A program made the translations under genes and the position numbers. DNA of 61,342 bases, filler included, from Stramenopiles sp. TOSAG23-6 (Eukaryota), in the NCBI GenBank assembly GCA_900128565.1. It is 12 parts of 12 records of this genome, joined end to end, with 100 filler letters (N's around TTAATTAATTAA, not from the genome) between each part and the next. Parts side by side here need not be neighbours in the genome. Positions count along the whole stretch, not along the records: positions 56,352 to 61,342 come from LT636994.1; 11 more parts are not named here. The stretch is one strand, 5' to 3'. Below the pieces are notes generated by a model, which was not told where the DNA came from, ran no database searches, and saw only the letters and a program-made list of their open reading frames with translations. Shown one piece after another: positions 58,649 through 61,342 of the stretch; positions within the stretch are counted from its first letter, which is position 1; every line of letters starts with the position of its first letter.

Positions 58649-59019
58649 GAGAATGATTCAGTTTCGTTTCCTGAATCTTCATCAAATTCATCTTCTGAAG
58701 AAGAATAATAAAATCACATTCATTTCAAATGTAGGCTATATATTTTAAAATAATGAATCAAAAATATACATTTTGTGTAAATTATAAAATGAATGAGTCA
58801 AAATAAATTATATTTCAATAGCAATATTTTTACATTTAGCATTAAATTATACAATAAATTTTGTCAGATTCACATTGTTATTTTTTTTTTACTACCAACT
58901 ACGTGTACTAATTTGATACTAATTTTCACGTCATTTAAAAAACAAAAAAATGTTTTTTACAGAAGAAGAAAAAGAATAATTTGGAAAATATTTTATTTTT
59001 AACCCTAATACTACTCTGT

Positions 59020-61253
59020 TTACTCTTGGATTTTATTCTTGTGATTTAAATAAAATTCACATAGTGCAATGCAAATAGCCAACTGTTTTTTTTTTATTTC
59101 AAAAAATTCATATTGCTGAATTACATCTTTATGCATTTTTCGAGTTGTTATGTTGATATCTCCTATTGGAATTGCTTCAAAAATGGACTTACTTTGAGAT
59201 CTTTTTTGTTTCAGCAAATGTAATGCCTCTACATATATTGTGAAAAAAATATGTTTTAAAAATTGTTAGGTACAGATTTTGCTATAATTTTTTTTTTTTT
59301 AAATTGGTGTTGAAAACATACATGAATCTCTATACTATCATTGATGATGTTAGTGTTAGCTTTTCCCCCCTTTCTCATTCCATCTTTCTGTTTATTAATA
59401 TACAATTCCAATGCATCGATTTTGCTATTTATTTCCTTCATATATATTGTGAAAAAATATTTTTTTTTTGGAAAAAAAATGTTAGGTACAAAATGTAGTA
59501 CAAAAACAATTTCAAATTTTGAAATTGAAAACGTACATGTGTATTCTCAAATCTCTTTGTGTGATGATTTTCTAACTTTGTTTTCTCAAGCGATTTGAAT
59601 AGTTTATATTTTTTACGTCCAACTGACTCTAATGAAGAAACACAAAACTGTTTCTCCTTTTGTAATTCATAAAGATATGAAAGAACTTTTGATCGATACA
59701 TGTACTGTGAAAAAATATTTTAAAAAACATAATTTGTTAGGTACAAAAATTTTTATGAAAAATAAATAAATTTGAAATTCATGATGAAGACGTATATTTT
59801 GTCTGTACTATTGATTTGATGTTCCTCTTGGGTAGATTTTTCGTGTAATTTATCAATTAATTTTCGATTCTTTGTTCTTAAAAATGTTATATCTTTATTA
59901 CGATTATATATATTTGTTGAATATTGCTGACATCTTGGACATATAATTCTTTGTGTTTTGGAAAGAGAATATAAATTGTGAATAATATTTTTTTTAGTAA
60001 AAATACTTTGTTAGGTACAAAATTTCGTATGAAAAAACAATTAATTTTCAATTTTGAAAACGTACCATCAGTCGTCTGAAAAGAAAAAGCATGGTCCTGG
60101 CCCGCAACAATCATAAATCGCCTATATGTTTTCCATATACCTTCACCTGAAATTGGATCCCAATCTTCATGTAATATATTGGAACTCATTCTTAAATTAT
60201 CATCTGAATATTTTTTGAATGCTTTCATCAATTTTGGCGAAGCTAGAAATTTACTACATTGGTCATGTCCAAGTTGACCATGAGAGTTGTTTCCCCAGGA
60301 GTATATGAATTGTGAAAAATATTTTTGTTTGGTGTAAAAAAAATCGTTAGGCATACAATGTTTTGTTGTACAAAAAACAAAAATTAGGTGAAAACAATTA
60401 ATTTTGTTAGGATTAGGATTAGGATTAGGATTAGGGTGATAAAAGCATACACTGCATTGATAGCATCGACAGCCACTGAGAAATTTCGACCTAATGAAAC
60501 AAAACAACAACGACGTTGAGGACCTCCACGGGTCTTTTGTGTGAATATTCCTCGTATAGGAAACGGAGACTTTTGATATCTAAAATGTCCAAGGCCAAGT
60601 TGTCCATGTATTCTAAGGGAAATATTTCAAATATTTGATGTCAATATTTTTGTTAAAATTTTCTATGAAAACAAAATCAAACACTTCAAAAAAAAAATTA
60701 AATTCATTTGAAAGCCTTTGATACCATACATGATCATTTTTCCCCCACATATATAAATTATTTGAACTTTCATTTGAAATCGCAGCATAGTGATTCTTTC
60801 CAGCAGCAATGTAAATTGCTAATGCATTTAATGTGATGTTTTTACCAGTTGAAGATGACGTCAATTTATTAATCAACTTCAATGAACCATCCCAAAATAA
60901 AATCAAAGTTCCATTTGAAGAACAACATACTTGTCTCACAATACTTCCATCAATTCCAGCTGACATGTATTGTGATTTTTTTTTTTTTCACGAAAAAAAA
61001 TCGTTAGGTACGAAATTTCGTATGAAATAAAATTTAATCATTAGGTAAAAAAGAAAACATACATGGAAATTCTCTCACTCCCTTTTAATGGTATCGACAC
61101 TTCTGAAAATTCTCTTGACATTGTTGTATCTTTATGTAGAGGTAAATTATTTTTATTTTTTAATTTTTCTTGCCTTTTGTTTTTTTGAGTTTGCTGAGTT
61201 TGCTGAGATTCAGAAAGTTTTGAAGTTTTACCCCATGTGAAACAACACAAAAC
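59020..61253 (-). CDS. RCC1-repeat protein with coiled-coil C-terminus, multi-exon, 5'-partial
   Basis: LYMWGKNDH|GQLGLGH, YSWGNNSHGQLG; GT-AT introns 60965-61062 and 60606-60729 plus several further family copies. Confidence 0.7.
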
Positions 61254-61342
61254 ATGTATTTTGGGAAAATATTTCAAAAAAAACTTGTTAGGTACAAAAT
61301 TTCGTACGAAAAAAAAATCGAATTTGAAAAAAAATAAAACAT

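Noticed and set aside
57828-58691. Minus-strand repeat ORFs
   Set aside because: Antisense of the ankyrin-like repeat gene.
181-61062. Ciliate-like DNA-excised elements (IES) instead of introns
   Set aside because: Strict sense orientation with donor and branch-like motifs favours RNA splicing, and standard stop codons are used. Not formally excluded without RNA data.

Overview
This is not one locus. It is twelve unlinked ~5-kb contigs from an AT-rich eukaryotic (protist-like, possibly stramenopile) draft or metagenome-assembled genome, joined by artificial N-ttaattaattaa-N linkers. Recognisable genes include an SDR, MZB1-like, a PH-domain protein, a p400/SWR1-like protein, a YEATS-amidoligase fusion, NUDT6-like, RCC1-repeat proteins, UBA5, RhoGAP, Ku70, GT64, SHMT, GlmS/GFAT, TOP2 and ankyrin/LRR proteins. 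The main result is a family of ~95-190-nt, sequence-related (introner-like) introns, oriented with the host gene in every copy I could phase. They have a GTATGT/GTACGT donor, an internal palindrome followed by a TACCTAAC branch-like motif, and a 3' end that is nearly always ...ATACAT rather than ...CAG. I phased 29 copies by hand against reading frames, many of them at conserved motifs: 22 GT-AT, 2 GC-AT, 2 AT-AT, 1 GT-TT and only 2 GT-AG. This points to a genome whose dominant intron class is non-canonical GT-AT. Other observations: telomeric TTAGGG doublets scattered through exons, a Ku70 contig bounded by ~90-bp inverted repeats, and an organelle-like, strand-skewed tRNA contig with no recognisable ORF. 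All calls come from visual motif recognition, and no RNA evidence is available.
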